DNA from: an uncultured Nitrososphaerota archaeon
Lineage (GTDB): Archaea > Asgardarchaeota > Njordarchaeia > Njordarchaeales > Panguiarchaeaceae
Length of the DNA stretch: 64,000 nt
Assembly: GCA_964636085.1 (NCBI GenBank)
Contig: CAZWPQ010000001.1
Span: 64,650-128,649, forward strand
Direction: 5' to 3'
A program made the translations under genes and the position numbers. Under the pieces are notes generated by a model. That model was not told the origin of the DNA and did no database searches. It was given only the letters and a program-made list of their open reading frames with translations. Shown here in pieces: positions 27,590 to 37,351 of the stretch; position 1 is the stretch's first letter; every line of letters begins with the position of its first letter.

Positions 27590-27898
27590 ATGAAAGTACG
27601 ACATTTAATGTTACTCTCCATGATCTTAGCGATATCTATGTTCGTCTGTGGCCTCTCAGCACAAGAAACGGAAGGGAGATCTACAAGCGACACTAGTGGA
27701 CTGAAGTACATAGGTGCTGCACTAAGCGTAGGGCTGAGCTGCATTGGTGCAAGTTACGCCGTAGCCAAATCTGGTACTGCCGCTATGGGAGCGCTTACAG
27801 AGAAGCCAGAACTGTTTGGGAAGATAATAGCTATAGTTGGTCTGGCAGAGGGGATAGCCATCTACGGATTGCTAATAGCAATACTAATCGTTATCTAG
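27590..27898 (+). CDS. atpK: A/V-type ATP synthase proteolipid subunit K (c) with N-terminal leader
   Basis: IGAALSVGLS.IGA, EKPELFGK, GLAEGIAIYGLLIAI (ion-binding Glu). Confidence 0.95.
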   Translation: MKVRHLMLLSMILAISMFVCGLSAQETEGRSTSDTSGLKYIGAALSVGLSCIGASYAVAKSGTAAMGALTEKPELFGKIIAIVGLAEGIAIYGLLIAILIVI

Positions 27899-27912
27899 AC
27901 AAAAATTGTGGC

Positions 27913-28539
27913 TTAATCTTCATGTGTTTTTTTCCAAAGCCATATCCCATCATAGAAAACTCTTATATCTTTTCTATATCTACCTCTTAATTTACATACA
28001 TTCTCTAGAGCAGAACTTGTAAGCGAGACAGCCTCTATATCGCATCCTTTTATGTAGACCAAATCGGGAATCTCTGAATTTGGTTGATTTTCTACTTCTA
28101 TTTCTACATCACCAAAAATTGGCACTCTTAATGTATCCCTTCGCCCATAAAAACCTTTGATTAGTATCTGCTTGTTCTCTTTATCGACCTCAATTCTCAT
28201 TGGGAAATGTCTATATACTACTTTATGCACGTACACAAAACGTTTTTGAACCCCCTCTATCATTCTCCTTATCTTTGTTGTAGTGGTACCTAGGAACTTT
28301 GTTTCCTTCCTTTTATGAGCGCTACAGGCGATATACAATTTATTGCCATCTCGGATTATATATACTGGCATATGGCTAAAGTCTTTTTCGACGGATCCTT
28401 TGGGTCCGGATACCCTAACTACCTTGCCTCTAACTTCTACATCCACGTTTTCTGGTATTTCTATCTCCTCATATTCAATACCAGTAGCACCACTTCTTAT
28501 TGCCTCTAAAACCGCCTTCTCGCCTATCAGCAATTCCAT
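27913..28539 (-). CDS. rpl6: 50S ribosomal protein uL6
   Basis: IEIPENV, VSGPKG, VYRHFPM, KDIRVFYDGIW. Confidence 0.95.
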   Translation of the reverse strand: MELLIGEKAVLEAIRSGATGIEYEEIEIPENVDVEVRGKVVRVSGPKGSVEKDFSHMPVYIIRDGNKLYIACSAHKRKETKFLGTTTTKIRRMIEGVQKRFVYVHKVVYRHFPMRIEVDKENKQILIKGFYGRRDTLRVPIFGDVEIEVENQPNSEIPDLVYIKGCDIEAVSLTSSALENVCKLRGRYRKDIRVFYDGIWLWKKTHED

Positions 28540-28558
28540 ACCCCCTCACCATGAATAG

Positions 28559-28951
28559 CTAATATACGTATGCCACTAATCTACCACCAATTTTCTCCTT
28601 TTTGCACTCAATATGCGTTTTAACTCCTCTTGGCGTCGAAATTATAAGCAGACCCATTGTATATGCTGGTAAAAAATGCCTTTCCCACTTTTCTATCTCC
28701 CTCCATGTTGTTGCATATCTAGGTTTTATCACACCAATCTCATGAATTTTCCCTGCGAGTTCAACCCTTATGAACTCTTTCTTGTTTAGAATCATTGGCT
28801 TGAAATCCTTTATATATCCATGCTCTTTAAGGATCATCAATACAGCTTTTATTAGCTTATTAGCTGGAAATATGTAGACCTTACTTTTGCCAACCATTTC
28901 AGCATTCTTAATTGATGATAAAGCATTAGCAAGCGGATCCAATAGTACCAT
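28559..28951 (-). CDS. rps8: 30S ribosomal protein uS8
   Basis: DPLANALSSIKNAE, GVIKPRY, ISTPRGV, IGGRLVAYVY. Confidence 0.97.
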   Translation of the reverse strand: MVLLDPLANALSSIKNAEMVGKSKVYIFPANKLIKAVLMILKEHGYIKDFKPMILNKKEFIRVELAGKIHEIGVIKPRYATTWREIEKWERHFLPAYTMGLLIISTPRGVKTHIECKKEKIGGRLVAYVY

Positions 28952-28957
28952 ATCGTA

Positions 28958-29182
28958 TCAGCTCCTATGAATGGAGGATTTCTTAAAACCAATTAGACTA
29001 TATACCTCCCTAAAACATCGTCGGCATATATATAGCCCGTACTTCCTAATGACGGCTTTTACAGTTCCACATCTTATACATGGCCTCGCACGCTTTGATT
29101 TTTTATCATATAACGCCTTCCTTATCTTGTATAGTCGCTTGAGTCTTGATCCCCTAAGGGAAAGTTGCTGTACCTCGCTCAT
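28958..29182 (-). CDS. rps14: 30S ribosomal protein uS14 (Zn-binding)
   Basis: CIRCG..AVIRKYGLYICRRCFRE..IGFKK; start ATG 29182 preferred. Confidence 0.93.
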   Translation of the reverse strand: MSEVQQLSLRGSRLKRLYKIRKALYDKKSKRARPCIRCGTVKAVIRKYGLYICRRCFREVYSLIGFKKSSIHRS

Positions 29183-29267
29183 TAGTCCACCCCTGCGAAG
29201 GATCTTCACTAAAATTGACAATTTAATTTATTTATGATTAAAAATCTTAAATCTTAACCAGCATGGT

Positions 29268-30299
29268 CTAAAACTCTACTCCCACTTCATTAGCTAATTT
29301 GATTAGTTCTTTCTTCGTCATTAAGTAGATGCCATACTTCGCCAACATCTCCCGCACATTCTTTTCCTCTACACCACTAAAGCCAATGAATATTAATGCA
29401 TGCAAATCAACCTTATTCTCCGACAGGAATCTATCCACGGAGCTCTTGAACTCATCTATTCTTTTTACATTAGCCGTACCAAGAGTTGCATATATAAAAG
29501 TAGTCTTACCGTCACTATGTGTACAGACAGCATCAATACGTTGTCCAGGCATTATTAGTGAGTATACTTCAACTACTGGCAATAGCTTTAACTCTCTTCC
29601 CTGGGCATCCTTTACCATTATTTCCTTATTTACTCTTTCCAGTATTTTACATATTAATGATCTAAACCTAGCTTGGGACATCATACCTAAGTTTCTAGCA
29701 ATTTTTACTGATAGTTTTCTCATAACCTCGTCTATCCGTCCATCTATGGTCGCATTATATGTTAATACACCATCAGGCGTAGAACATATGACCCCCCCTA
29801 TCACATCAACTTTGTCGCCTATTGTTAGTGTTATCTTTTTGCCTAGATCCTCCTCAAGCCTTGACTCTAGTTCTGCTTTATGTGTTTTAATAAACTCTAG
29901 GTCCCTACCGTTGGCATATACAACAACTTTTTCTTGGGCGGTCTCAGAAACTGCCTCCCTTAGTAGCGAGTATAGAATTTTTGTATAATCCCACCGCCTA
30001 TCCTTGCCATGTATTATATCCTGAATTCTCCTTATCAGTATTGTCCTAAGCTGTTTTAATTTCGCCTCTTTTAGCTTTATTTTATCCTCGATAAGTCTTC
30101 TCTTTTTCTCATCGATCATTTTGTTTAGCATTGTCTCCCTTATTATTCTTGCCTCTTTTTCGGCGATTTCGTATGCTTTTCTTTCTGCCTCCTTAACTAT
30201 TTTTTCGGCCTCTCTTCGTGCATTATCCAGTATTTCCTGTACTTGTTTTTCACCCTCCCTCATTATAGTCTCTATTAGGGCCTCATATTCACTCAACAA
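29268..30299 (-). CDS. atpE: A/V-type ATP synthase subunit E fused to a C-terminal restriction-endonuclease-like domain
   Basis: N-terminal coiled coil, DVIGGVI...YNATIDGRI; about 135 extra residues with RIDAV...ALIFIGFSG...KYGIYLMTKKEL. Confidence 0.82.
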   Translation of the reverse strand: MLSEYEALIETIMREGEKQVQEILDNARREAEKIVKEAERKAYEIAEKEARIIRETMLNKMIDEKKRRLIEDKIKLKEAKLKQLRTILIRRIQDIIHGKDRRWDYTKILYSLLREAVSETAQEKVVVYANGRDLEFIKTHKAELESRLEEDLGKKITLTIGDKVDVIGGVICSTPDGVLTYNATIDGRIDEVMRKLSVKIARNLGMMSQARFRSLICKILERVNKEIMVKDAQGRELKLLPVVEVYSLIMPGQRIDAVCTHSDGKTTFIYATLGTANVKRIDEFKSSVDRFLSENKVDLHALIFIGFSGVEEKNVREMLAKYGIYLMTKKELIKLANEVGVEF

Positions 30300-30594
30300 C
30301 TATCACCCCCAATATTTCTTCGGCTAATTCCTCTATTTCCTCATCTGAGATCAAACTTAATCTCTCTAGTTCCTCGTCGTCCTCGGCTTCTTCACGCCAT
30401 TCCATCTCGATTTTTTTCTTGTATTCCTCCACCAACTTCTGCTTTATTCGCTCGATATTTTCCTCACTAAGAATTTCATTAGCACGAGCTCGTGCTTTTT
30501 CAATAATACTTTCCGCCTCTTTTTTGGCTTTTTGGATTCGCTCTCGAACATCCTTTTCTATCATTGCTATTTTTACAACTGCGCCTATGCTCAC
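30289..30594 (-). CDS. A/V-type ATP synthase peripheral stalk subunit G/H
   Basis: Coiled coil IEKDVRERIQKAKKEAESIIEKARARA; overlaps the atpE start. Confidence 0.75.
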   Translation of the reverse strand: MSIGAVVKIAMIEKDVRERIQKAKKEAESIIEKARARANEILSEENIERIKQKLVEEYKKKIEMEWREEAEDDEELERLSLISDEEIEELAEEILGVIVVE

Positions 30595-30770
30595 TATACT
30601 GCACCATTAACATCCTCAATAATCAGAAAAACATAGGATTTAAACTGTTTGTATAAAAGTTAATTTTAACTACACCTTCAAATAACCTCAGTACTCTCGG
30701 ATACAGTTTGTGAATTATTAGAGTTTCTTTGTACTATATCTTAGGATATCGGTCTATGATGGGATGAATA

Positions 30771-31274
30771 TTGACCAAATTCATAGTTGATGAGATGCTT
30801 GGGAATATAGCTAGATGGCTTAGGATACTTGGCTTTGATACTCTTGCTGCCTCTGAATTACGAGAACACCCAAACGAGGATATCGATACAAAAATTCTGT
30901 TAATAGCACTTGATACTGGCAGAGTATTAGTAACTTCTGACATGGAATTGATAAAAAGAGCGAGGAACCTAGGCGTTAAAGTCATCCATGTCGATAATAA
31001 AGAAGGAGAAACTTGTATAGTCTTGAAAAAAATACTTACGAGTCTTAATGCTATGGATGAAGCTAGAAACAATAAGATGACTAGATGCCCAATCTGCAAT
31101 GGTTTGCTCCGCCACGCCAGCAGAAATGAAGCAAAAGGCCAAGTCCCTCAAAGGGTATACGAAACAACAAATAAATTCTGGGTCTGTACAAAATGTAATA
31201 AGTTTTATTGGATTGGATCGCATTTTAGAAACATTAGAAAAGTACTGACTTGTGTTTTGGGAGAGGATGATTAA
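30771..31274 (+). CDS. Mut7-C RNase domain protein (PIN-like plus Zn ribbon)
   Basis: FIVDEMLGNIARWLRILGFDT, RCPICNG, CTKCNKFYWIGSH. Confidence 0.93.
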   Translation: MTKFIVDEMLGNIARWLRILGFDTLAASELREHPNEDIDTKILLIALDTGRVLVTSDMELIKRARNLGVKVIHVDNKEGETCIVLKKILTSLNAMDEARNNKMTRCPICNGLLRHASRNEAKGQVPQRVYETTNKFWVCTKCNKFYWIGSHFRNIRKVLTCVLGEDD

Positions 31275-31276
31275 GT

Positions 31277-32080
31277 ATGGGGCTCCAATATTACATAGGC
31301 TGCTCTGGCTGGTGGTACAAGGATTGGGATGAGAGATTTTATCCCACAGGGTTATCGGAAAGTAAACGTTTGCCATTTTATTCTAAATACTTCAACACAA
31401 CGGAAGTCAATGTTACATTCTACAGAGTACCTCCCCGATCAACAGTTGAGAGTTGGGTTCGTCGCACCCCTAAAAATTTTATCTTTAGTGTTAAGATTCC
31501 CAAAGAAATTACACATGGAACACACATGCTATACGCTGAAAGACTAATCAATAAATTCCTCGATACGATAAACCCTCTGCAGAAGCATAACAAACTTGGT
31601 GCACTTCTCTTTCAGCTTCCTCCCGATTTTACCAAAACTAGAGGAACTTTTCAAAGACTTAAGGATTTCATAGATAAGCTACCAAAAACATATGAATATT
31701 CAGTAGAATTCCGTCACAAAAGCTGGTTATCGGATGAGGTTTTTAAATTACTTGAGGAATATGAAATCGCATATGTTATAGTTGATGAGCCATTATTACC
31801 ACCCATTGTTAAAGTAACAGCTGATTTTGCATATATACGGTTTCACGGACACGGTAGAAAGGTTTGGTACTATTATAACTACACACGACAACAACTAGAA
31901 AAATGGTGCGGGATTATTAGGAAAGAAATAGAGCCATCCGTCTCCAGGCTTTATATATACTTCAATAATCACTTTAGAGCTTTTGCACCCAAGAACGCCC
32001 AAGAATTCATCCAATTACTTGGCATAAGTAGAAGGGAGATGGGGCTAAAACCTATACAGAGATCCCTCGAGGAATATTAG
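31277..32080 (+). CDS. DUF72 family protein
   Basis: IGCSGW.Y..W, EVNVTFY, LFQLPP, VEFRH.SW, YIRFHG, YFNN. Confidence 0.95.
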   Translation: MGLQYYIGCSGWWYKDWDERFYPTGLSESKRLPFYSKYFNTTEVNVTFYRVPPRSTVESWVRRTPKNFIFSVKIPKEITHGTHMLYAERLINKFLDTINPLQKHNKLGALLFQLPPDFTKTRGTFQRLKDFIDKLPKTYEYSVEFRHKSWLSDEVFKLLEEYEIAYVIVDEPLLPPIVKVTADFAYIRFHGHGRKVWYYYNYTRQQLEKWCGIIRKEIEPSVSRLYIYFNNHFRAFAPKNAQEFIQLLGISRREMGLKPIQRSLEEY

Positions 32081-32718
32081 GACTTGGATTCTTTTTTCTT
32101 TTCTTTACTCTCCCTCCTTCTTTCCAGCCTAAATGCTAGTTTAAATGGTGTTAGCATATTCATAATCGCTGCCTTAATAGCCATTAGAGTAGTTTGCCCC
32201 GCCATGGGCATCATGAGATAGCCTATCGGTGAAACTTTCTTCTCTGGCTCGGCATATATGCCAACAACTCTCATTTTTTGCTTACATGAATCACATTCTT
32301 CATCTACAATGTCACCTACAAATTCGTTGGGTTTTCTCTCCCTTATAAAGATGAATCCACACTTAGGACATTCTAGCTTGGAGTAGAAAGTATATCTTCC
32401 AGCACCTGGGCTCAGCATCCTTGACGCTTCACGTCTCAATGCTACCCCATACCTTGTAAAGCTAATACCTAAGAACATCAATAGGAATGTTACCCAAAAT
32501 ACTGTCTTCGAGCTTATTTGTTTAGCTAATGCTGAATCTGGCCCCATATAAAGCCCATACATAACCAATCCAAGGGGAGCTAAAAATATGACTGTTCCTA
32601 TAACCACTAGAATTAACCCTAACTTTTTCTTTGATCTGATCAGGTTATTGAAGTACTTCATATCGTCCGCAAATATCCTATCTACTATGTCTTCTACATT
32701 CATATCCATAGTCATCAT
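32077..32718 (-). CDS. Membrane protein with C-terminal Zn ribbon
   Basis: Two TM segments followed by ECPKCG...ECDSC. Confidence 0.75.
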   Translation of the reverse strand: MMTMDMNVEDIVDRIFADDMKYFNNLIRSKKKLGLILVVIGTVIFLAPLGLVMYGLYMGPDSALAKQISSKTVFWVTFLLMFLGISFTRYGVALRREASRMLSPGAGRYTFYSKLECPKCGFIFIRERKPNEFVGDIVDEECDSCKQKMRVVGIYAEPEKKVSPIGYLMMPMAGQTTLMAIKAAIMNMLTPFKLAFRLERRRESKEKKKESKS

Positions 32719-32878
32719 CTCTCAACAAATAATAAAATCCTATACAACACTAATAAAAAATCAGAAACCATGGATCAAGTACATGCACATGAATACTCAT
32801 TCTACACATGTACTTTAATATTAATTATCTTATTTGGATAATCTTTTTTTGTGAACCCGATGTACACTAATTAAATTA

Positions 32879-33418
32879 ATGGTGATTATGTTGAATGCCA
32901 TCCAAGGGCAAGACACAAAAAAAATCCCTAAGCCAGAGAGACAATGGATAGCTATTATTAGGATTCGTGGAACTGTAAATGTTAAGAGAGACGTAGAGTA
33001 TACATTAAAACTCCTCCGACTTCATAAGCCTAATCACTGCGTTGTGAGACGCTTAGATCAAAGTTTAAGAGGCATGCTACTAAAGGCCCAACATAAAATT
33101 GCATGGGGAGAGATCGACTTCGAAGTTCTGTATAAGCTTCTGAAGGACCGAGGATATACGGTAGGCGGTAACAGACTCACTGACGACCTAGTCAAAAAAT
33201 TCACTGGAGGCAAATATAAAAATATTGAAGAGCTAGCAAAAGCTATCTGGAGAGGCGAAATAAGTTTCGGGGAATTAAAATGGCTTAAGCCTGTTTTCAG
33301 ACTTCATCCACCTAAGCATGGTGGATATAAGAGAAGTGTCAAAAAGCTGTATCAGGAAGGTGGAGCACTGGGATACTGGGGGCCTGATATCAAAAATCTA
33401 TTGCTACGCATGATATGA
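32879..33418 (+). CDS. rpl30: 50S ribosomal protein uL30
   Basis: IIRIRG, TLKLLRL, AWGEID, FRLHPP, GGALGY. Confidence 0.96.
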   Translation: MVIMLNAIQGQDTKKIPKPERQWIAIIRIRGTVNVKRDVEYTLKLLRLHKPNHCVVRRLDQSLRGMLLKAQHKIAWGEIDFEVLYKLLKDRGYTVGGNRLTDDLVKKFTGGKYKNIEELAKAIWRGEISFGELKWLKPVFRLHPPKHGGYKRSVKKLYQEGGALGYWGPDIKNLLLRMI

Positions 33419-33427
33419 CTCATTTTC

Positions 33428-35695
33428 CTATGCTTTTTCAAATTTGACCCTTACCATATTCTCCCATAGTTTTCGTACGATCTTTCTAATTCTTATCAAC
33501 TCTTCTTTTTCTATTAATCTCCTCTGGCAGATTTTCCTTACTAGTAGATGCTCTTCTTCAATGCTCAGAAACTTGTACTTTCTTGCAAAATATAGATTGA
33601 CCAATTCCGCTATCACATCTATACATGCCTCTATCTTACCACCTATGGATAAGTATAGGCCTAGCCTAAATACATCACCAGATGTAAGTTGGGGGACAAC
33701 AGTTATTGGTTCGCCAGATTTAAGTATCATGTGCGCCGTTTCGGTTTCTAGTTCCCAATAACTATTTCTTAGCTCTCTCAGTAACCTGATTTTGAGTTGC
33801 TTATTAGCCTCCAATATCATCCTGGATGCATGTTTTGAAAGTGGTTTCAACACAATAACAGAATACTCTCCCGTCTTAGGATTAATTATGGGTGACATGT
33901 TTGCGGGCATAAAGCCATTCTTAAGCCAAAAGTTGAGTAATCTAGGGTTAGCACCAAAAGAAGCACCAATCCATTCTACTCCCTCATTCTTTGCGATTTT
34001 CGTTAGTTTTTCCAGAGCTAGACTCCCTAGTCCTCTTCCTTGAAGATTTGGATGTGTAGCTATCCTTACTATTCTGAAGCCACGCATTTTTGGGAAATCA
34101 ACAATGCCAGTATATCTCGTTATGTTATCTGGTATGAGATGACCTGATGGCGCTTCTTCTAGCATTTCTTGAACCGATTCTGGAGGGATTTTCCCCTCCT
34201 CGGCTATCTGCAATGCAACCAGTGGTTTTGAATCTATTACTAATGCAAATAATCTATGATGGGGCGCATCACTTAGGAGCAATAGATCCTTCGGATTATT
34301 GCGGTAATGTGCCGTTGTCAATATACCTATAAGCGATCTCAAAAACTCTTCGGACTTTTTATCCCCTAGGAAATATTCCTTGGGGTCTAATTCTATGAGT
34401 TTTGCCTCTCCTATCTTTTCCATTATATCTTCACTTACTCTGGAAGGCTCGGCATCGAGAAGTAGTAAATCAAACAACCATTGTTCGACAGGGTCATCCA
34501 TCGCATATCTTATTGGTTGCTTTAACTCAATCTTTATGAAGTGCCTACCACTCGATTCTAGCATCTTTAGAAAGCGTACCGCGAAAATTCTTCCTGTTCC
34601 CTCATAGCCATGCACGGTCCCTGAAAACACTATTTTCTTGTAAGCATTTATTGTCTTCCGTAAAAAGGTAAACGGAATCGCAGCGACTTCATCTACAACT
34701 AAAGCATCTGCAATATGCGCCATCTTTAAAGCTCTGTGTGGGAACTCAAATTGGAGTCTTAGTATGTCGCTCTTCAATGTTTGCTCTTTAGCATTAAACT
34801 CATAGTTTATACCTAGGGCATCATGAGCTATTTGCGCAAATCTAAATACCTCCTCCACATTCAAGGTACTTCTAGACGTCAAACATACAAAGAATGGTCT
34901 TTTATGTTTTTTGACAAATATTGTAGCATAGCCAGTAAGCCCTAGACCTATACTTGCCGACTTCCCCCGGCCCCTATTGGCTAGAAGGATTATATAGTTT
35001 TTCCATTCTTCAAATGCCTTTAACACATCGATCTGATCCTTAGATGCGGCGAGCCCATATATTTCTTCGGGTATTGATGCCATCTCTGGGATTCCTATCT
35101 CTTCTTCTACATATTCGTGCTTCGCCTCCTTGGGAATACTTAAGAATTCTTTCTTCGATGCATCATAGACGTAGACACCTCTATAGTTTTTTGATTTCTT
35201 TATTATTCTCTCTAGCATTATTCCTCTCGGCTGTTTATTGTAGTATGGCGGAACAATTTCTTCGTAGTATATCCTCGAGTTATATGAGTATGGTAGTAGG
35301 ATGAATATTATGCCGCCACCACGTACAGTTCCCACAGCCCTAGATAAGGCTATTACATCGGGCCAATCCCTCAGATCAATACAGGCGATGTCATACGTCT
35401 TTCCAAGTATTTTGTCTGTATCCCAGCAAGACACCGCAAAGAGACTATCGGACGTGCATATCTCCTTTAAACTCTTACGAAACTTTTTACTATTTGAGAC
35501 ACATAACATATTCTCGTTACAGAAATCCTTCATTATATCTAAAACTTCTCTAGCAGTATGGAGAGGCTCCCCTAAAACAATAAATAACCTCCTCTCAAAC
35601 ATATCTTTAGCATATCTTCTTGCCTCCTGAACATAGCTTATAAATTCGCCATAAACACTCATTCTATCCACAACCCATGACCAATCGTTATCCAA
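33428..35695 (-). CDS. tmcA: RNA cytidine acetyltransferase TmcA/Nat10
   Basis: GTVRGGG, ANRGRGKSA, VDEVAAIP, TVHGYEGTGR, AHYRNNPKDL, RIVRIATHP..QGRGLG. Confidence 0.95.
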   Translation of the reverse strand: MDNDWSWVVDRMSVYGEFISYVQEARRYAKDMFERRLFIVLGEPLHTAREVLDIMKDFCNENMLCVSNSKKFRKSLKEICTSDSLFAVSCWDTDKILGKTYDIACIDLRDWPDVIALSRAVGTVRGGGIIFILLPYSYNSRIYYEEIVPPYYNKQPRGIMLERIIKKSKNYRGVYVYDASKKEFLSIPKEAKHEYVEEEIGIPEMASIPEEIYGLAASKDQIDVLKAFEEWKNYIILLANRGRGKSASIGLGLTGYATIFVKKHKRPFFVCLTSRSTLNVEEVFRFAQIAHDALGINYEFNAKEQTLKSDILRLQFEFPHRALKMAHIADALVVDEVAAIPFTFLRKTINAYKKIVFSGTVHGYEGTGRIFAVRFLKMLESSGRHFIKIELKQPIRYAMDDPVEQWLFDLLLLDAEPSRVSEDIMEKIGEAKLIELDPKEYFLGDKKSEEFLRSLIGILTTAHYRNNPKDLLLLSDAPHHRLFALVIDSKPLVALQIAEEGKIPPESVQEMLEEAPSGHLIPDNITRYTGIVDFPKMRGFRIVRIATHPNLQGRGLGSLALEKLTKIAKNEGVEWIGASFGANPRLLNFWLKNGFMPANMSPIINPKTGEYSVIVLKPLSKHASRMILEANKQLKIRLLRELRNSYWELETETAHMILKSGEPITVVPQLTSGDVFRLGLYLSIGGKIEACIDVIAELVNLYFARKYKFLSIEEEHLLVRKICQRRLIEKEELIRIRKIVRKLWENMVRVKFEKA

Positions 35696-36308
35696 AACTA
35701 TTATTGGTTACAATCTGGAATGATACTCCATTCATAAATAACAACCTATAGACACTCCTAGCTAGGATCCTGGCTACCCTAATGGGTTCTATATATCTAC
35801 CATGTATAGCATACAGGTTTAATATCTCCACAGCGTTACCTAGAGATATGCCGACAGGCCTCACATACACCAAGTATTCATTCCTTAACTTTACAAGGAC
35901 TCTTGGTCCATTCTTCTTGTATATATTTATCCTCACCTCCGCATCGGGAAGTTCTGCCAAATACTTCTCGAGACCCTCAGAATATTCATATGTTACTGCA
36001 ATCACTGGAATTCCACATCTCTCATATACCCTATTCAGGTCCACAACATTATACATCGATATAACTGTGCCCGACAATATTATTGTCCTAATATCTTTTC
36101 TCTCAAGCTTTTTATACAGCCCTATTATCGCTTCAGTTGCATCTAGACCCCCAACTGTGCATAATCCAAATGAGAAACCATCTATCTGTAAATCGGCCCT
36201 CATTACCACCCCAGCCAATACTGATCGCCTAATATGCGATTTTTTATTGAATGATTCAGCTATACCAAGCACTCTTAGACCCTTCTTTGGGGGGATATAC
36301 TTTGGCAT
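35688..36308 (-). CDS. DUF99 (endonuclease V-like) protein
   Basis: RVLGIAESF, GVVMRAD..IDG, TVGGLDAT, YNVVD, EPIRVA. Confidence 0.9.
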   Translation of the reverse strand: MPKYIPPKKGLRVLGIAESFNKKSHIRRSVLAGVVMRADLQIDGFSFGLCTVGGLDATEAIIGLYKKLERKDIRTIILSGTVISMYNVVDLNRVYERCGIPVIAVTYEYSEGLEKYLAELPDAEVRINIYKKNGPRVLVKLRNEYLVYVRPVGISLGNAVEILNLYAIHGRYIEPIRVARILARSVYRLLFMNGVSFQIVTNNSFG

Positions 36309-36319
36309 TGTTCACAGCT

Positions 36320-37276
36320 TTATTGTTCCAGCACTACCATCCTTAGCGTCTGGGGTTGAAATTCCAAATACTTGTGCCTTCCAGTAATATAGTTCTTTAC
36401 AAGCACTTTTATGTAGATGATTACCCTGCCATTAACATTTTCTAATGAAAGCAATGAATTCAGAACAATCGCTATAGATACATTCTTCTCGCCGTAGAAT
36501 GGATATGCTATCTCCCACACGCCATATCCTACTACGCCCCCATCAATCGTAACGTTTATCTCTACTCTTTTTACTGACTCGTAGGGAGAACATCTTGAAA
36601 CCACGCTCAAGTTAACTATCATGTAGGTTTTATCGTCTATAACCCCACTATTTATGGGTTTGATTATCTCCACGTATATATTACTGGGGTCTCCCCTACT
36701 TCGGATCATTATTACCAAAAATGAACAAACTAATATTAACACAACCAGAACTCTAATGTTGATAGCCCTCAGATGTGTTGACAATGGATATACTCTTCTC
36801 TCTTTCTCACTACTCATACTCCAATATATCATAAATGTCAGGATAACAATCAATATGAACATTAGCCGGGCGCCGGGCTCATCTAGAGATAAGAAAAAGT
36901 ATCCTAGATATGGAACTCTGCCAACAAGTTTACCTAGAACATAATCCTCTGGCACCCATACCCATCGATCTATATTTGGATTATTGTCCCCCTTTGTAAC
37001 GAAATATAATTTACCATCCTTCTCCTCTATATAAGCAACCCTATGCAGAATTAATTTATTACCGGGGGGAGGCTCCTTGAATACAATAACATCGCCTATG
37101 GATATTTGTGATGGAGGCACTTTTTTGATGATGACGATATCGCCCTTGCAATAAGTTGGTTCCATCGACTCCGATTCTACATATGATATTATATATAGAC
37201 ACCTCATATATAGAAAAATCCCAATAAGCGCAATACATATAATAACTATGGCCACATTTTTGTTTGTATTCTCCAT
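36320..37276 (-). CDS. Signal peptidase I (S26B/Sec11-type) with extra C-terminal TM segments and domain
   Basis: SESMEPT, GDVIVF, ILHRV, TKGDNN..D, VPYLGY. Confidence 0.9.
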   Translation of the reverse strand: MENTNKNVAIVIICIALIGIFLYMRCLYIISYVESESMEPTYCKGDIVIIKKVPPSQISIGDVIVFKEPPPGNKLILHRVAYIEEKDGKLYFVTKGDNNPNIDRWVWVPEDYVLGKLVGRVPYLGYFFLSLDEPGARLMFILIVILTFMIYWSMSSEKERRVYPLSTHLRAINIRVLVVLILVCSFLVIMIRSRGDPSNIYVEIIKPINSGVIDDKTYMIVNLSVVSRCSPYESVKRVEINVTIDGGVVGYGVWEIAYPFYGEKNVSIAIVLNSLLSLENVNGRVIIYIKVLVKNYITGRHKYLEFQPQTLRMVVLEQ

Positions 37277-37351
37277 ATTCCCAGCCCCTAATACCTAAAA
37301 ATATATCTATAAATTCACTAATGAATATTGTTGACAAAAAAGGGGATAACC

